From: an uncultured Gemmatimonadales bacterium
GTDB taxonomy: Bacteria > Gemmatimonadota > Gemmatimonadetes > Gemmatimonadales > GWC2-71-9
Direction of reading: 5' to 3'
Length of the DNA stretch: 64,000 bases
Assembly (NCBI GenBank): GCA_963695555.1
Contig: CAVOGR010000005.1
Location: forward strand, 448,001 to 512,000
Part shown: in pieces, positions 40,639 to 51,697 of the stretch
How positions within the stretch are numbered: the first letter of the stretch is position 1
Layout: each line of letters begins with the position of its first letter
Notes under the pieces: model-generated
Database searches by the model: none
Told to the model about the DNA's origin: nothing
What the model saw: the letters and a program-made list of their open reading frames with translations, nothing else
Made by a program: the position numbers and the translations under genes

Positions 40639-43150
40639 CTATCCGTCCGCGCGGATGCGCGCGTTTTCCGGGTCGTACGGGCTGTCGCGGACGATCTCCG
40701 CGTCCCACAGCCGGTCCTGCATCCGCACCCTCAGCCGCGTCCCCGGCACGGCCAGCGCGGGCGTCACATAGCCCATGCCGATCGACTTGCCGAAGGCCAC
40801 CGACCAGCCGCCCGAGGTCAGCCGGCCGACCTTCACGGCCCGTCATAGCAGCGCCTCGCGCCCCCAGGGGTCGGCGTCGTCCGGGCCGTCGATCAGCACG
40901 CGTGACGCATTTCGAGCGGATGCCCGTGTCGACCATCGCCTCCTTGCCCTGGAAGTCCTTGGTGAGGTCGACGAAGCGGTCAAGTCCGGCCTCCAGCGGG
41001 GTCGCGTCGCGGCCAAGCTCGGTGCCGAAGGCGCGGTAGCTCTTCTCCTGCCGCAGCCAGTTCTGCGCGCGGGCGCCGACGAGCTTCAGCCCATGCGGCT
41101 CGCCCGCCTCCATCAGCCGGTCGAACAGGTAGTTCTGCATCTCGATCGGGTGGTGCAGCTCCCAGCCGAGCTCGCCGGTATAGGCCACGCGGATCGCCGT
41201 CGACCGGGCACATGCCGAGCTCGATGTCGCGCGCCGAGAGCCAGGGGAAGCGCTTGTTGCCGAGCGCGGTGGCGGGCTCGGCGTCGTGGATCGAGCGTCG
41301 CGCAGGAGTCGCGCGAGCGTTCGGGCCGGCAAGCGCGAAGACGCCCCACTGGGTGGTGACGTCGTGACAAGTCGATCCGGCCGAACTCGGGCCGCCCATG
41401 TCCTCGGCGGCCTTGCGCAGGAAGTCGGCGTCATAGGCCGTCCAGGCGCCGGCGGAGACCAGGTAGTAGTCGTCCTCGCCGTCGCGGACGATGGTGTATT
41501 CGGTCCGCGTCGTGCCCGCGTCGGTCAGCGCATAGGTCAGGTTGATGCGGCCGACCTTCGGCAGCCGGTTGCAGGTGAACCAGTCGAGGAAGGCGGTCGC
41601 GCCCGGGCCCGCAGACCACAGTGCTTGGCGAAGGCGGTGGCGTCGATCAGTCCCGCCGTTCTCGCGCATCGCCTTGGCCTCCGTCGACGGCATATTGCCA
41701 CCAGCCGCCGCGGCGGAAGCTGCGGGCGTCGTGGTCGAATCGCAGCCGCATCGACGGGGCCATAGTAGATCGGGCGCTCCCAGCCGTTCACCTGCCCGAA
41801 CTGCGCGCCGCGCGCCTTCTGCCGGTCATAGGCAGGGCGCGGTGCGCAGCGGGCGGCAGGCCTCGCGCTCCTCGTCGGGGTGGTGCAGGATGAAGACGTG
41901 GTCATAGCATTCCTCGTTCTTGCGCGCGGCGTATTCGGTCGTCATCCAGCGAGCCGTAGCGCTTGGGATCGAGCGAGGCCATGTCGATCTCGGCCTCGCC
42001 GTCCACCATCATCTGCGCGAGGTAGTAGCCGGTGCCGCCGGCGGCGGTGATGCCGAAGGAGAAGCCCTCCGCCAGCCACATGTTGCGCAGGCCCGGCGCG
42101 GGGCCGACCAGCGGGTTGCCGTCCGGCGTGTAGCAGATCGGGCCGTTGTAGTCGTCCTTGAGCCCGACGCTCTCGGACGACGGGATGCGGTGGATGAAGG
42201 ACATGTACTCCGCCTCGATCCGCTCCAGGTCGAGCGGGAAGAGGTCGGCGCGGAAGCTGTCGGGCACGCCGTATTCGAACCGCGCCGGGGCGCCCTTCTC
42301 GTAGGGGCCGAGGATCCAGCCGCCCGCGCTCCTCGCGGACGTACCATTGGCGTCGGCGTCGCGCAGCACCGGGTGTTCGGGGTGGTCCTTGCGGAACGCC
42401 TGACCAGCGCGGGGTCGGGCTCGGTGACGATGTACTGGTGCTCGACCGGGATCGCGGGGATCTTGATGCCCAGCAGCCGCGCGGTGCGCTGGGCGTGGTT
42501 GCCGGTGGCGGTGACCACGTGCTCGGCGCGGATCTCGAACGGTCTCGTCGGAGGGCACGAGGTTGCCGCCCTCTCCACCATCTGTGCGCCCGAGACGACC
42601 CACTCCGACCCGGTCCAGGCGTAGCCGTCGACCTGGGCGCGGCGCACGATCTCCACACCCATCTGCCGCGCGCCCTTGGCCATGGCCTGCGTGACGTCGG
42701 CGGGGTTGATGTAGCCGTCGTGGGGTGGAACAGCGCGCCGACGAGATCCTCGGTGCGGACGAGCGGCCAGCGGGCGTTGATCTGCGAGGGCGTCAGCCAC
42801 TCGTGGGGATGCCGACGGTCTCGGCGGTGGTGGCATAGAGCTGGTACTCGTCCATCCGCGCGTCGGGTCTGCGCCATGCGCAGGTTGCCCACCACCGAGA
42901 AACCGGCGTTCAGCCCGGTCTCGGCCTCCAGCGCCTTGTAGAGCTCGACCGAGTAGTCGTGGATGTGGCTGGTCGCATAGCCCATGTTGAAGAGCGGCAG
43001 GAGCCCCGCCGCGTGCCAGGTGGAGCCGCGAGGTCAGCTCGTCGCGCTCCAGGAGCATCGTGTCGGCCAGCCCGCCTTCGCCAGGTGATAGGCGATGCCC
43101 GTCCCCACCGCGCCACCGCCGACCACCACCGCGCGCACATGGCTCCGCAT
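40639..43150 (-). CDS. GcvT-family FAD-dependent oxidoreductase (dimethylglycine dehydrogenase-like); many frameshifts
   Basis: VVVGGGAVG, STWHAAG (split), NGPICYTPDGNP, FGQVNGWERP, YTGELGWELH, PYDPENARIRA. Confidence 0.88.
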
Positions 43151-43324
43151 CGCATCCTCCCTCGCGCTGCCGCCCCTTTCTCTAGCCGCGCGCGCCCCCG
43201 CGCAAGGGGGGCGGGCCGACCCATTCCGGGCGGATTGCGACGCGGGCGCCTGGCGGGTGGGGCTTGACCGCGACGCCTTGCCCGGCCATCTGTCCGGCCG
43301 GACACGTGGTCTGGTGAGGATTGC

Positions 43325-45346
43325 ATGAACACGCTCATCGGGAACTGGAACACGCCCTTCGGCCTGCCGCCGTTCGGCGAGATCGAGACCACCCATTTCG
43401 CCCCTGCCTTCGACGCGGCCCTCGCCGAGGACCGGGCGGAGGTGGACCGCATCGCCGCCGACCCCGAGCCGCCCAGCTTTGCCAATACCATCGAGGCCAT
43501 GGAGCGGTCGGGCCGCGCGCTGGACCAGGTGGCGGCTGTGTTCTTCAATCTCGCGGGCGCCCATACCAACGACGACATCGAGGCGCTGCAACGCGACCTG
43601 AGCCCGCGGCTGGCCGCCCACAGCGCCGCCACGATGATGAACGCGGCCCTCTTTACCCGCATCGACGATCTTGTGTCGCGCCGCGCTGACCTCGGGCTGA
43701 CGGCTGAGCAGGACCGGGTGCTCGGGCTCTATCACCAGATGTTCGTGCGCGCCGGCGCCCGGCTCGAAGGCGCCGACCGCGAGCGGCTGACCGAGGTGCT
43801 GCAGCGGCTGGCGAGCCTCGGCACCGCCTTCGGCCAGAACGTGCTCGCCGACGAGCGCCGCTGGTCGCTGGCCCTCGATGTGGCCGACCTTGAAGGCCTG
43901 CCCGACTGGCTCGTCGGCGCCGCGGCCGAGGCGGCGAGCGAGAGGGGCAAGGACGGCCACGCCGTCACCCTGTCGCGAAGCCTGATCGTGCCGTTCCTGA
44001 CCACCTCTCCCCGCCGCGACCTGCGCGAGACGGCGTTCCGCGCCTGGGTGGCGCGTGGCGAGAACGGCGGCTCGTCGGACAACCGGGCCGTCATTGCCGA
44101 GATGCTGGCGCTGCGCGAGGAACGCGCGCGGCTGCTCGGCTATCGCGACTTCGCCGCCTACCGGCTGGAGCGCGAGATGGCCAGGACCCCGGAGGCCGTG
44201 CGCGACCTCTTGATGCAGGTCTGGGCGCCGGCGCGCGCCCAGGCCGAGGTAGACGCGGCGGCGCTGGAGACGCGGCTCAACGCCGACGGGATCAACGGCA
44301 CGCTGGAGCCCTGGGACTGGCGCTATTATGCTGCCATCCGCCAGCGCGAGGAACACGCGCTCGACGAGGAGGAGGTGAAGCCCTACCTGGCGCTCGACGC
44401 CGTGCGCGAGGCGGCCTTCGACGTGGCGGGGCGACTCTTCGGGCTGAGCTTCACGCCCTTAGACGTGCCGCTCTACCACCCCGACGCCCGCTGCTGGGAG
44501 GTCCGCAAGGGTGAGCGGCACATGGGCGTCTTCATCGGCGACTACTTCGCCCGCCCCTCCAAGCGCTCCGGCGCCTGGTGCTCGTCCTTCCGCAGCCAGT
44601 CGCGGATGGACGGCGAGGTGCGGCCCATCGTCGTCAACGTCTGCAACTTCGCCAAGGCCCCGAAGGGCGAGGCGAGCCTGCTCACCTTCGACGACGCGCG
44701 CACGCTCTTCCACGAGATGGGCCACGCGCTGCACGGGCTGATGTCGGACGTGACCTACCGGTTCATCTCCGGCACTTCGGTGGCGCGCGACTTCGTGGAG
44801 CTGCCGAGCCAGCTCTACGAGCACTGGCTGGAGACGCCGGAGGTGCTGGAGGCCCACGCCCGCCACGTCACCACCGGCCAACCAATGCCGCGCGACCTCC
44901 TGGACCGGCTGATCGCGGCGCGCAACTTCGACCAGGGGTTCGCGACGGTGGAGTACCTCGCCTCGGCGCTGGTCGATCTCGACTTCCACGCCGGCCCCGC
45001 CCCCGCCGACCCGATGGCGGCACAGGCGGCGACGCTGGCGCGGATCGGCCTGCCGCATGCCATTGTCACGCGCCACGCGGCCCCGCATTTCCAGCACGTC
45101 TTCTCGGGCGACGGCTATGCCTCGGGCTACTATTCCTACATGTGGTCCGAGGTAATGGACGCCGACGCCTTCGCCGCCTTCACAGAGGCGGGCGACGTCT
45201 TCGACCCCACCATTGCCGCCCGTCTGGCCGAGAACATCTACGCCGCGGGCGGCTCCCGCGACGAGGCCGAGCTCTACACCGCCTTCCGCGGCCGGATGCC
45301 CGGCGTCGATGCCCTGCTCGCCAAGCGGGGTCTGAAGGCGGCCTAG
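43325..45346 (+). CDS. dcp: M3 family peptidyl-dipeptidase Dcp
   Basis: KRSGAW, TLFHEMGHALH (HExxH), DFVELPSQ, GYYSYMWSEV. Confidence 0.9.
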   Translation: MNTLIGNWNTPFGLPPFGEIETTHFAPAFDAALAEDRAEVDRIAADPEPPSFANTIEAMERSGRALDQVAAVFFNLAGAHTNDDIEALQRDLSPRLAAHSAATMMNAALFTRIDDLVSRRADLGLTAEQDRVLGLYHQMFVRAGARLEGADRERLTEVLQRLASLGTAFGQNVLADERRWSLALDVADLEGLPDWLVGAAAEAASERGKDGHAVTLSRSLIVPFLTTSPRRDLRETAFRAWVARGENGGSSDNRAVIAEMLALREERARLLGYRDFAAYRLEREMARTPEAVRDLLMQVWAPARAQAEVDAAALETRLNADGINGTLEPWDWRYYAAIRQREEHALDEEEVKPYLALDAVREAAFDVAGRLFGLSFTPLDVPLYHPDARCWEVRKGERHMGVFIGDYFARPSKRSGAWCSSFRSQSRMDGEVRPIVVNVCNFAKAPKGEASLLTFDDARTLFHEMGHALHGLMSDVTYRFISGTSVARDFVELPSQLYEHWLETPEVLEAHARHVTTGQPMPRDLLDRLIAARNFDQGFATVEYLASALVDLDFHAGPAPADPMAAQAATLARIGLPHAIVTRHAAPHFQHVFSGDGYASGYYSYMWSEVMDADAFAAFTEAGDVFDPTIAARLAENIYAAGGSRDEAELYTAFRGRMPGVDALLAKRGLKAA

Positions 45347-45386
45347 CCCGCCGCGACCGCCCGCACGCTTCGGGCGAGCCCGGCGA

Positions 45387-45755
45387 CTATTCGCCGTGCA
45401 TGAAGGCTTCCATCTCCTCGGGCGTGACGCCTCCGTCCGCATTGGCGTCCATGGCGGTGAACACGCGCGCATGCACCGCCTGCATCTCCTCGAGCGAAAG
45501 CGCGCCGTCGCCGTCGGTGTCCATCACGATCAGCATCATGCGCATCATCCCGGGCCCCATCATGCCAGGCCCCATCATGCCAGGCCCCATCATGCCAGGC
45601 CCCATCATGTCATCCCGGTTCCCCCATCGCATCATGTTGGCCCATGGGCCCCAGCCTTCGCGGTCGGGTCCCATCATTGGCCCGCCGGGGGCCTGCGCGA
45701 TGGCCCATGATCCGGCAGATATGGCGACGAGTGCTGTCAGTATCGCGGTTCTCAT
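45387..45755 (-). CDS. Secreted EF-hand protein with Met-rich (GPGMM)n region
   Basis: RBS AAGGAGG; signal peptide; DTDGDGALSLEE and DANADGGVTPEE EF-hand loops. Confidence 0.85.
   Translation of the reverse strand: MRTAILTALVAISAGSWAIAQAPGGPMMGPDREGWGPWANMMRWGNRDDMMGPGMMGPGMMGPGMMGPGMMRMMLIVMDTDGDGALSLEEMQAVHARVFTAMDANADGGVTPEEMEAFMHGE
45553..45609. repeat. 15-bp coding tandem repeat GGCCCCATCATGCCA (~3.8 copies)
   Basis: Read directly; encodes MMGPG repeats. Confidence 0.95.
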
Positions 45756-45804
45756 TGGCTCCTCCTTGATAGAGCCAGCCTGCGGGGCGCCCATGGTCGG
45801 GGCG

Positions 45805-45818
45805 TTGATCCAGGTCAA
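45805..45818. promoter_or_regulatory. FNR/FnrL/FixK-type box
   Basis: TTGAT-CCAG-GTCAA, one mismatch to TTGAT-N4-ATCAA, 50 bp upstream of the EF-hand gene start. Confidence 0.65.
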
Positions 45819-45849
45819 AGGCAAGGCGCACCAGGCCAAAGGTGCCGGA

Positions 45850-46188
45850 GACGTGATGCCGCGCTCGCTCCGAGGAGAGGATCGCCTCGAAATTCCTCGC
45901 TGACCGGCTGAAGGCGCTGACGGCCGCCGGCCTGCTGACCCGGGCGCCCGATCCGAGCCACCGGCAGAGGGCGATCTTGAGCCTCACCGGGGCCTAGATA
46001 GCACTCCTCCCGGTAATGGCGGCGCTGGGTGCCTGGGGGCGGCGCCACCTAGCGGTGAGCGAGGAGCTGGCCATCCGGGCGCAGCTGCTAGAGGAGGGTG
46101 GGCCAGCGCTCTGGGACAAGTTCATGGCCGAGCGGCTGCACGCCGCCTTCCAGGAGGTCCCCGCGCGAAACGCGCGAGGACCGGGCTA
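45850..46188 (+). pseudogene. HxlR-family winged-helix regulator relic
   Basis: SEERIASKFLADRLKALTAAGLLTRAPDPSHRQRAILSLTGA*IALLPVMAALGAWGRRH...; in-frame TAG at 45995-45997; no N-terminus. Confidence 0.75.
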
Positions 46189-46834
46189 GCCGTCGAGGAT
46201 GAAGACGTGCAGCGCCACCGGACCGTGGGCGCCGAGCTGCAGCACCTGGCCGATATCGGCCGAGCGCGAGGGGCCGGTGACGAAATTTAGCGTGCGCGGA
46301 TCGAGCCCGCGGGCGCGCCAGGCGGCCCAGAAGTCCTCGAAGCCGCCGCAGATGTCGGAGGCGCGCAGCACCGCGAAATGCGTCTCGCCGAGGAAGGTCA
46401 GCGTCACCGGGTTGTCGGGCCCCGACGCCAGCGCCAGCGTGCCGGTTTCGGCCAGCCCGAACTCCGCCCGGCTGAGGGTCGCGGGCTCTTCGAGCCGCCC
46501 CACGCCGCGGCGTGGCCTCCAGCGTACCCCAGTCGAGCCCGGCGAACAGCGGATCGGCGCCCATGCGGATCCCGGCCGGCAGATTGCGCTTGCGCAGCTC
46601 GTGCGCCACCGCCTTCGGCAGCTCGGCGAGGCTGGAGACGCGCCCCACCGTGGCCGCCGCCGCCTCCAGCTTCTGCATGAACTGCACCAGCCGCTGCGGC
46701 CCGTGGCTCGCGCCCTGCCGCGGCTGCGGCCCGCCGCCCCGCGCCGCGATCCAGGCCTCGACCGCCGCCGCCCGATCCCCCGTACCGCCGGCCGCCGCGC
46801 GAACGCGGCTCAGAATGCGATCGCGCGCACTCAT
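46186..46834 (-). CDS. lutC: Lactate utilisation protein C (LutC/YkgG); frameshift near 46510
   Basis: MSARDRILSRVR; GLAETGTL; FVTGPSRSADI...GAHGP. Confidence 0.88.
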
Positions 46835-48252
46835 TTCCGCGCCTTCCACTGGTCCATGAAGGTCCGCCCCGTCGGCGCCGGCAGATCACGCTGACCGGTC
46901 CAGCCCGAAGCCAACGGAAGCGAGGCGATCCGCCCCCGCTTGCCACCGATCCCGCGCAGCACCCCGTTGCCGACCCGCGCCAACAGCCGGTAGAGCCTCG
47001 GCCGCTGCGCGAACCACCCCCAGACGCCGAGGCCGGCGCGCACAGTCGAGGGAGTCAGCTTCTTCTCGAACTCGCGCTCGCGCCAGTGGCGCATCATCTT
47101 CGGCAGGGGAATGCGCATCGGGCAGACCGCCTCGCAGCGCCCGCAGAAGGTCGAGGCGTTGGGCAGCTGCCCGCCGGTCTCCACGCCGATCAGCGACGGC
47201 GTCAGCACCGCCCCCATCGGCCCGGGATAGACCCAGCCGTAGGCATGGCCGCCGACCGCCTGGTAGACCGGGCAGTGGTTCATGCAGGCGCCGCAGCGGA
47301 TGCAGCGCAGCATGTCCTGGAACTCGGTGCCGAGCATGTTCGACCGGCCGTTGTCGAGCAGCACCACATGATACTCCTCCGGCCCGTCCGGATCGCCCGG
47401 CCGCCGCGGCCCCTTGGAGAAGGTCGTGTAGACGCTCATCTCCTGGCCGGTAGCCGAGCGCGCCAGCACCCGCAGGATGGTCGCGGCATCCTCCGGCGTC
47501 GGCACCAGCTTCTCCAGCGAGGCCATGACGATATGCACCTTGGGCAGCGACTGGCTGAGGTCGCCGTTGCCCTCGTTGGTGACGATCACCGACTGCCCGG
47601 TCTCGGCGATCAGCACGTTGGCGCCGGTGATCCCGACCTCGGCCTCGAAGTACTTGCTGCGCAGCACCCCGCGCGCCTCCTTCAGCAGCGCATCCAGCTC
47701 CGACAGATTGCGATTGGCCGGAAGGTGGGTATGGGCCTTGCGGAAGGCGGCCTCCACCTCGGGCACGGTGACATGCACCGCCGGGGCGATGATATGGGAG
47801 GGGATCTCGCCGCGCAGCTGGATGATGTACTCGCCGAGGTCGGTCTCCACCGGCGTGATGCCGTTCGCCGCCAGCATGTCGTTGATCCCGCATTCCTCGG
47901 AGATCATCGTCTTGCCCTTGTTGACTGCCTTTGCCCCGGCCTTGCGGCAGATGTCGAGCACGATGGCGCGCGCATCCTCGGCGGTCTCGGCCCAGTGCAC
48001 GACCCCGCCGCTCGCCGTCACCGCCGCCTCGTAGCGCTCGAGGTAGAGGTCGAGGTTTGCAAGCACGTGGTCCTTCAGGTCCCGCGCCCGGTCGCGCAAC
48101 TCGTCGAACTCGGGCAGGGCCTCCAGCGCGATGGCCCGCTTCTTGATGAAATTTCCGCGGCTGCCGCGCAGCGCACTCTGCAGATTGACGTTCGCCAGCG
48201 CCGCCCTGGCATTGGCCTTGAAGGCCGGCGTGGTGGCCTCATCGACGTTCAT
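46831..48252 (-). CDS. lutB: Lactate utilisation Fe-S protein B (LutB/LldF)
   Basis: ETDLGEYIIQL, PSHIIAPAVH, CIRCGACMNHCP, STFCGRCEAVCP. Confidence 0.95.
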   Translation of the reverse strand: MNVDEATTPAFKANARAALANVNLQSALRGSRGNFIKKRAIALEALPEFDELRDRARDLKDHVLANLDLYLERYEAAVTASGGVVHWAETAEDARAIVLDICRKAGAKAVNKGKTMISEECGINDMLAANGITPVETDLGEYIIQLRGEIPSHIIAPAVHVTVPEVEAAFRKAHTHLPANRNLSELDALLKEARGVLRSKYFEAEVGITGANVLIAETGQSVIVTNEGNGDLSQSLPKVHIVMASLEKLVPTPEDAATILRVLARSATGQEMSVYTTFSKGPRRPGDPDGPEEYHVVLLDNGRSNMLGTEFQDMLRCIRCGACMNHCPVYQAVGGHAYGWVYPGPMGAVLTPSLIGVETGGQLPNASTFCGRCEAVCPMRIPLPKMMRHWREREFEKKLTPSTVRAGLGVWGWFAQRPRLYRLLARVGNGVLRGIGGKRGRIASLPLASGWTGQRDLPAPTGRTFMDQWKARK

Positions 48253-49007
48253 CGCTCGGCTCCGATCGCCGGCGTGGCGAGATCACCCGCCAGCACCTCG
48301 ACCACGTGGCGCGCCCGGAAGGCCCGCCCCTCGCGGCTGGCCTTGCCGGCCATGTTCATCAGACAGCCGAGGTCGCCCGCCAGCACCATGTCGGCGCCGG
48401 TGGCCGCGATATTCCTGGTCTTGTCGCCGACCATGACGTTGGAGATGTCGGGATACTTCACGCAGAAGGTGCCGCCGAAGCCGCAGCAGACGTCGCGCTC
48501 GGCCATCTCGCGCAGCTCCAGCCCCTCGACGCTGGCCAGAAGCTGCCGCGGCTGCGCCTCGACCCCGAGGCTGCGCAGGCCCGAGCAGCTGTCGTGGTAG
48601 GTGACGCTGGCATCGAGGCGCTGCGGCACCGACCGCACGCCCAGCACGTCGGTGAGGAACGAGGTGATCTCATGGGTCCGCGCGCCCAGGGCCCGGGCAC
48701 GCTCGGCCCAGGGGTCGCCGGGCTCGAACATCGCCGCGTAGTCCTTGGCGATGGTCGCCGCACAGGAACCCGAGGGCGCGACCACGTGGTCGTAGCCCTC
48801 GAAGGCGGCGATCACCTGCCGCGCAATGGCCTGCGCGCCGGCGCGGTCGCCGGAGTTCCAGGCGGGCTGGCCGCAGCAGGTCTGCGCGCCGGGCACCTCG
48901 ACCGTGCAGCCGGCATCCTCGAGGAGCCTGACCGTGGCGAAGCCCACCGAGGGGCGGAACATGTCGACCAGGCAGGTGACGAAAAGCGCGACGCGCGGGG
49001 CCGGCAT
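48249..49007 (-). CDS. lutA: Lactate utilisation protein A (LutA/LldE, CCG domains)
   Basis: [35 protein letters not shown]. Confidence 0.95.
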   Translation of the reverse strand: MPAPRVALFVTCLVDMFRPSVGFATVRLLEDAGCTVEVPGAQTCCGQPAWNSGDRAGAQAIARQVIAAFEGYDHVVAPSGSCAATIAKDYAAMFEPGDPWAERARALGARTHEITSFLTDVLGVRSVPQRLDASVTYHDSCSGLRSLGVEAQPRQLLASVEGLELREMAERDVCCGFGGTFCVKYPDISNVMVGDKTRNIAATGADMVLAGDLGCLMNMAGKASREGRAFRARHVVEVLAGDLATPAIGAER

Positions 49008-49101
49008 TCAGTTCTCCTCGGAGCCTCGTCCCGAGACTTACGGGCTTTGCGCACACTGGACAAGCGCGCGCTCCGAGATGCCCGCGCGCCACGCGCGGCT
49101 G

Positions 49102-49753
<652 letters not shown>

Positions 49754-49858
49754 GGGATGGCTCCTCTCTCGCGGATTCGCGTCGCCGCAGATGTAAGCGC
49801 CCGGCGCGGGTTTCCAAGGTGAACATGTGCAGTGGCCGCTGAAGTCAAGTGCGCATGG

Positions 49859-50383
49859 TCATTGCGGCGGAGCGGCGCTACAGAAATCGGCTGTCGCGAC
49901 GAGAGATATCCCGAGCTTCTTAGGGTAGCTCAGGATGATATCCGGCAGGTAGGGCCGCTCCCTGAGGATTGATCTCATGGCCGCGCCGTGGTCCGGTTTG
50001 GCCAAGGCTGAAACCATTGTTTGGCGACCAGCCGTGATTTCGCCGATGGCCAATGCATCTGCAAGCTTGAGAGCGTCGGCAAGTCTTGTTTCCGACACAA
50101 CGCCCGTTCTGTGATCGTGCGCCTGAATGGCCAACAGAGCTACGGGCGGCAGATCGCTCTTCAGCCACTCGGCCGCTACCAAACCATGCTGGCTTCGGTC
50201 GCTCTCGGTTTCGGCGAAATCCAGGTCATGACAAACCCCGGTGATCTGCCACAACTCGGCGTCCTCATCGAGGAGGTTCGCAAGGTGCTTCATCAAGCGT
50301 CCGACATGGATCGAATGACGAGCGCGCGGGCTGCTGCCCAGATGTCTGTCCACCAGTGAAACGGCGTGTTCGAGCGTGATCAC
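49859..50383 (-). CDS. HD-domain (HDIG-like) protein
   Basis: HSIHVG, GVCHDLD, HG, AIQAHD, LADAL; lower-GC codon usage. Confidence 0.8.
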   Translation of the reverse strand: MITLEHAVSLVDRHLGSSPRARHSIHVGRLMKHLANLLDEDAELWQITGVCHDLDFAETESDRSQHGLVAAEWLKSDLPPVALLAIQAHDHRTGVVSETRLADALKLADALAIGEITAGRQTMVSALAKPDHGAAMRSILRERPYLPDIILSYPKKLGISLVATADFCSAAPPQ

Positions 50384-50521
50384 TCTATGACCTAAGCGTA
50401 TAGTCAGCACATCCGCAACGGCCGAGACCCAACTCCTGGCCGTCAAGGTGGTAGTCTCTTCAGCGATCGCCCAAGGGGAAGTATGGTCGGCGGAGGACGC
50501 CGGCACCCGTCGCAGCCGCCG

Positions 50522-51557
50522 TCAGATCGCCACCGGAAACGGGTTCCGCTCGAATCCGTCCTGATGCCAGTAGGGATAGGCCGGCGTCTGCCGGCTGGCC
50601 GCGTCGAGGGCCGCCATGTGCTCGGGCGTGAGGCTCCACCCCAGCGCCCCGAGGTTCTGGGTGAGCTGCTCCTCGGTCCGCGCGCCCGACCAGCACGCAG
50701 GCGACGGTCGGCCGCTGCAAGAGCCAGTTCAGCGCAATCTGCGGCACCGTGTGGCCGGTCTCCGCCGCCACCGCGTCGAGCGCGTCCACCACCCGGAACA
50801 CGTGCTCGTCCTCGAGCGGCGGTCCCCGGTCAAGCACCTCCGGCGTCTTCAGCCGGCTCACCTCGGGCGCCGGCTGGCCGCGGCGGATCCTGCCGGTCAG
50901 CCGCCCCCAGCCGAGCGGGCTCCAGACGATGGTCCCGACGCCCTGGTCCAGCCCCAGCGGCATCAGTTCCCACTCGAAGCTGCGCCCGACCAGCGAATAG
51001 TAGGCCTGGTGCGCCACGTGCCGCACCCAGCCGTGGCGGTCAGACACCGCCAGCGCCTTCATCAGCTGCCAGCCGGAGAAGTTCGAGCAGCCGATGTAGC
51101 GAATTTTCCCCGCCCGGACCAGGTCGTCGAGCGTGCCCAGCGTCTCCTCCAGCGGCGTCGCCGCATCGAAGGCGTGCAGCTGGAAGATGTCGATCCGGTC
51201 GGTCCGGAGCCGCCGCAGGCTGCCCTCCACCGCCGCCGTCAGGTGCTGGCGCGACGAGCCCACGTCGTTCGGCCCGCTCCCGGAGCGGAACGTCGCCTTG
51301 GTCGAGATCAGCACCTCCTCGCGCCGCCCCTTCAGCACCTCGCCGAGAACCGTCTCGGACTCGCCGCCGCTGTAGATGTCGGCCGTGTCGAACAGGGTCA
51401 CCCCGGCGTCGAGGCACATGTCCACCAGGCGCCGCGCGGTCGCGACCTCCGTGCCGCCGAACCCGCGCGATACCTTGTCGCTTCCGCCGAAAGTCACCGT
51501 GCCGAAGCCGAAGGCGGAAACCTTGAGCCCCGAGCCGCCCAGGTATCGGTATTCCAT
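50522..51557 (-). CDS. Aldo/keto reductase; frameshift near 50685
   Basis: LFDTADIY, LISTK, IFQLH, GKIRYIGCSNF, WSPLGWG. Confidence 0.93.
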
Positions 51558-51670
51558 GTGGCCTCCCCTTGCCGGAAATTACGCCCTCCCGGTCCTACCC
51601 CGGTGCCGCGGGATTGGCGAGCGGATTTGGGCGTCTTCAATATTTTCGTTCAAATTCAATGGCATGATGC

Positions 51671-51689
51671 GTGTATCATCGTGATACAC
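51671..51689. repeat. Perfect palindrome GTGTATCA-TCG-TGATACAC (REP-like, operator or terminator)
   Basis: 8-bp arms just downstream of the hss stop, next to an AT-rich tract. Confidence 0.6.
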
Positions 51690-51697
51690 CCTCGCCG

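Noticed and set aside
45553..45609. Tandem repeat as a CRISPR array
   Set aside because: 15-bp contiguous units with no spacers, in frame within a CDS, and no cas genes.
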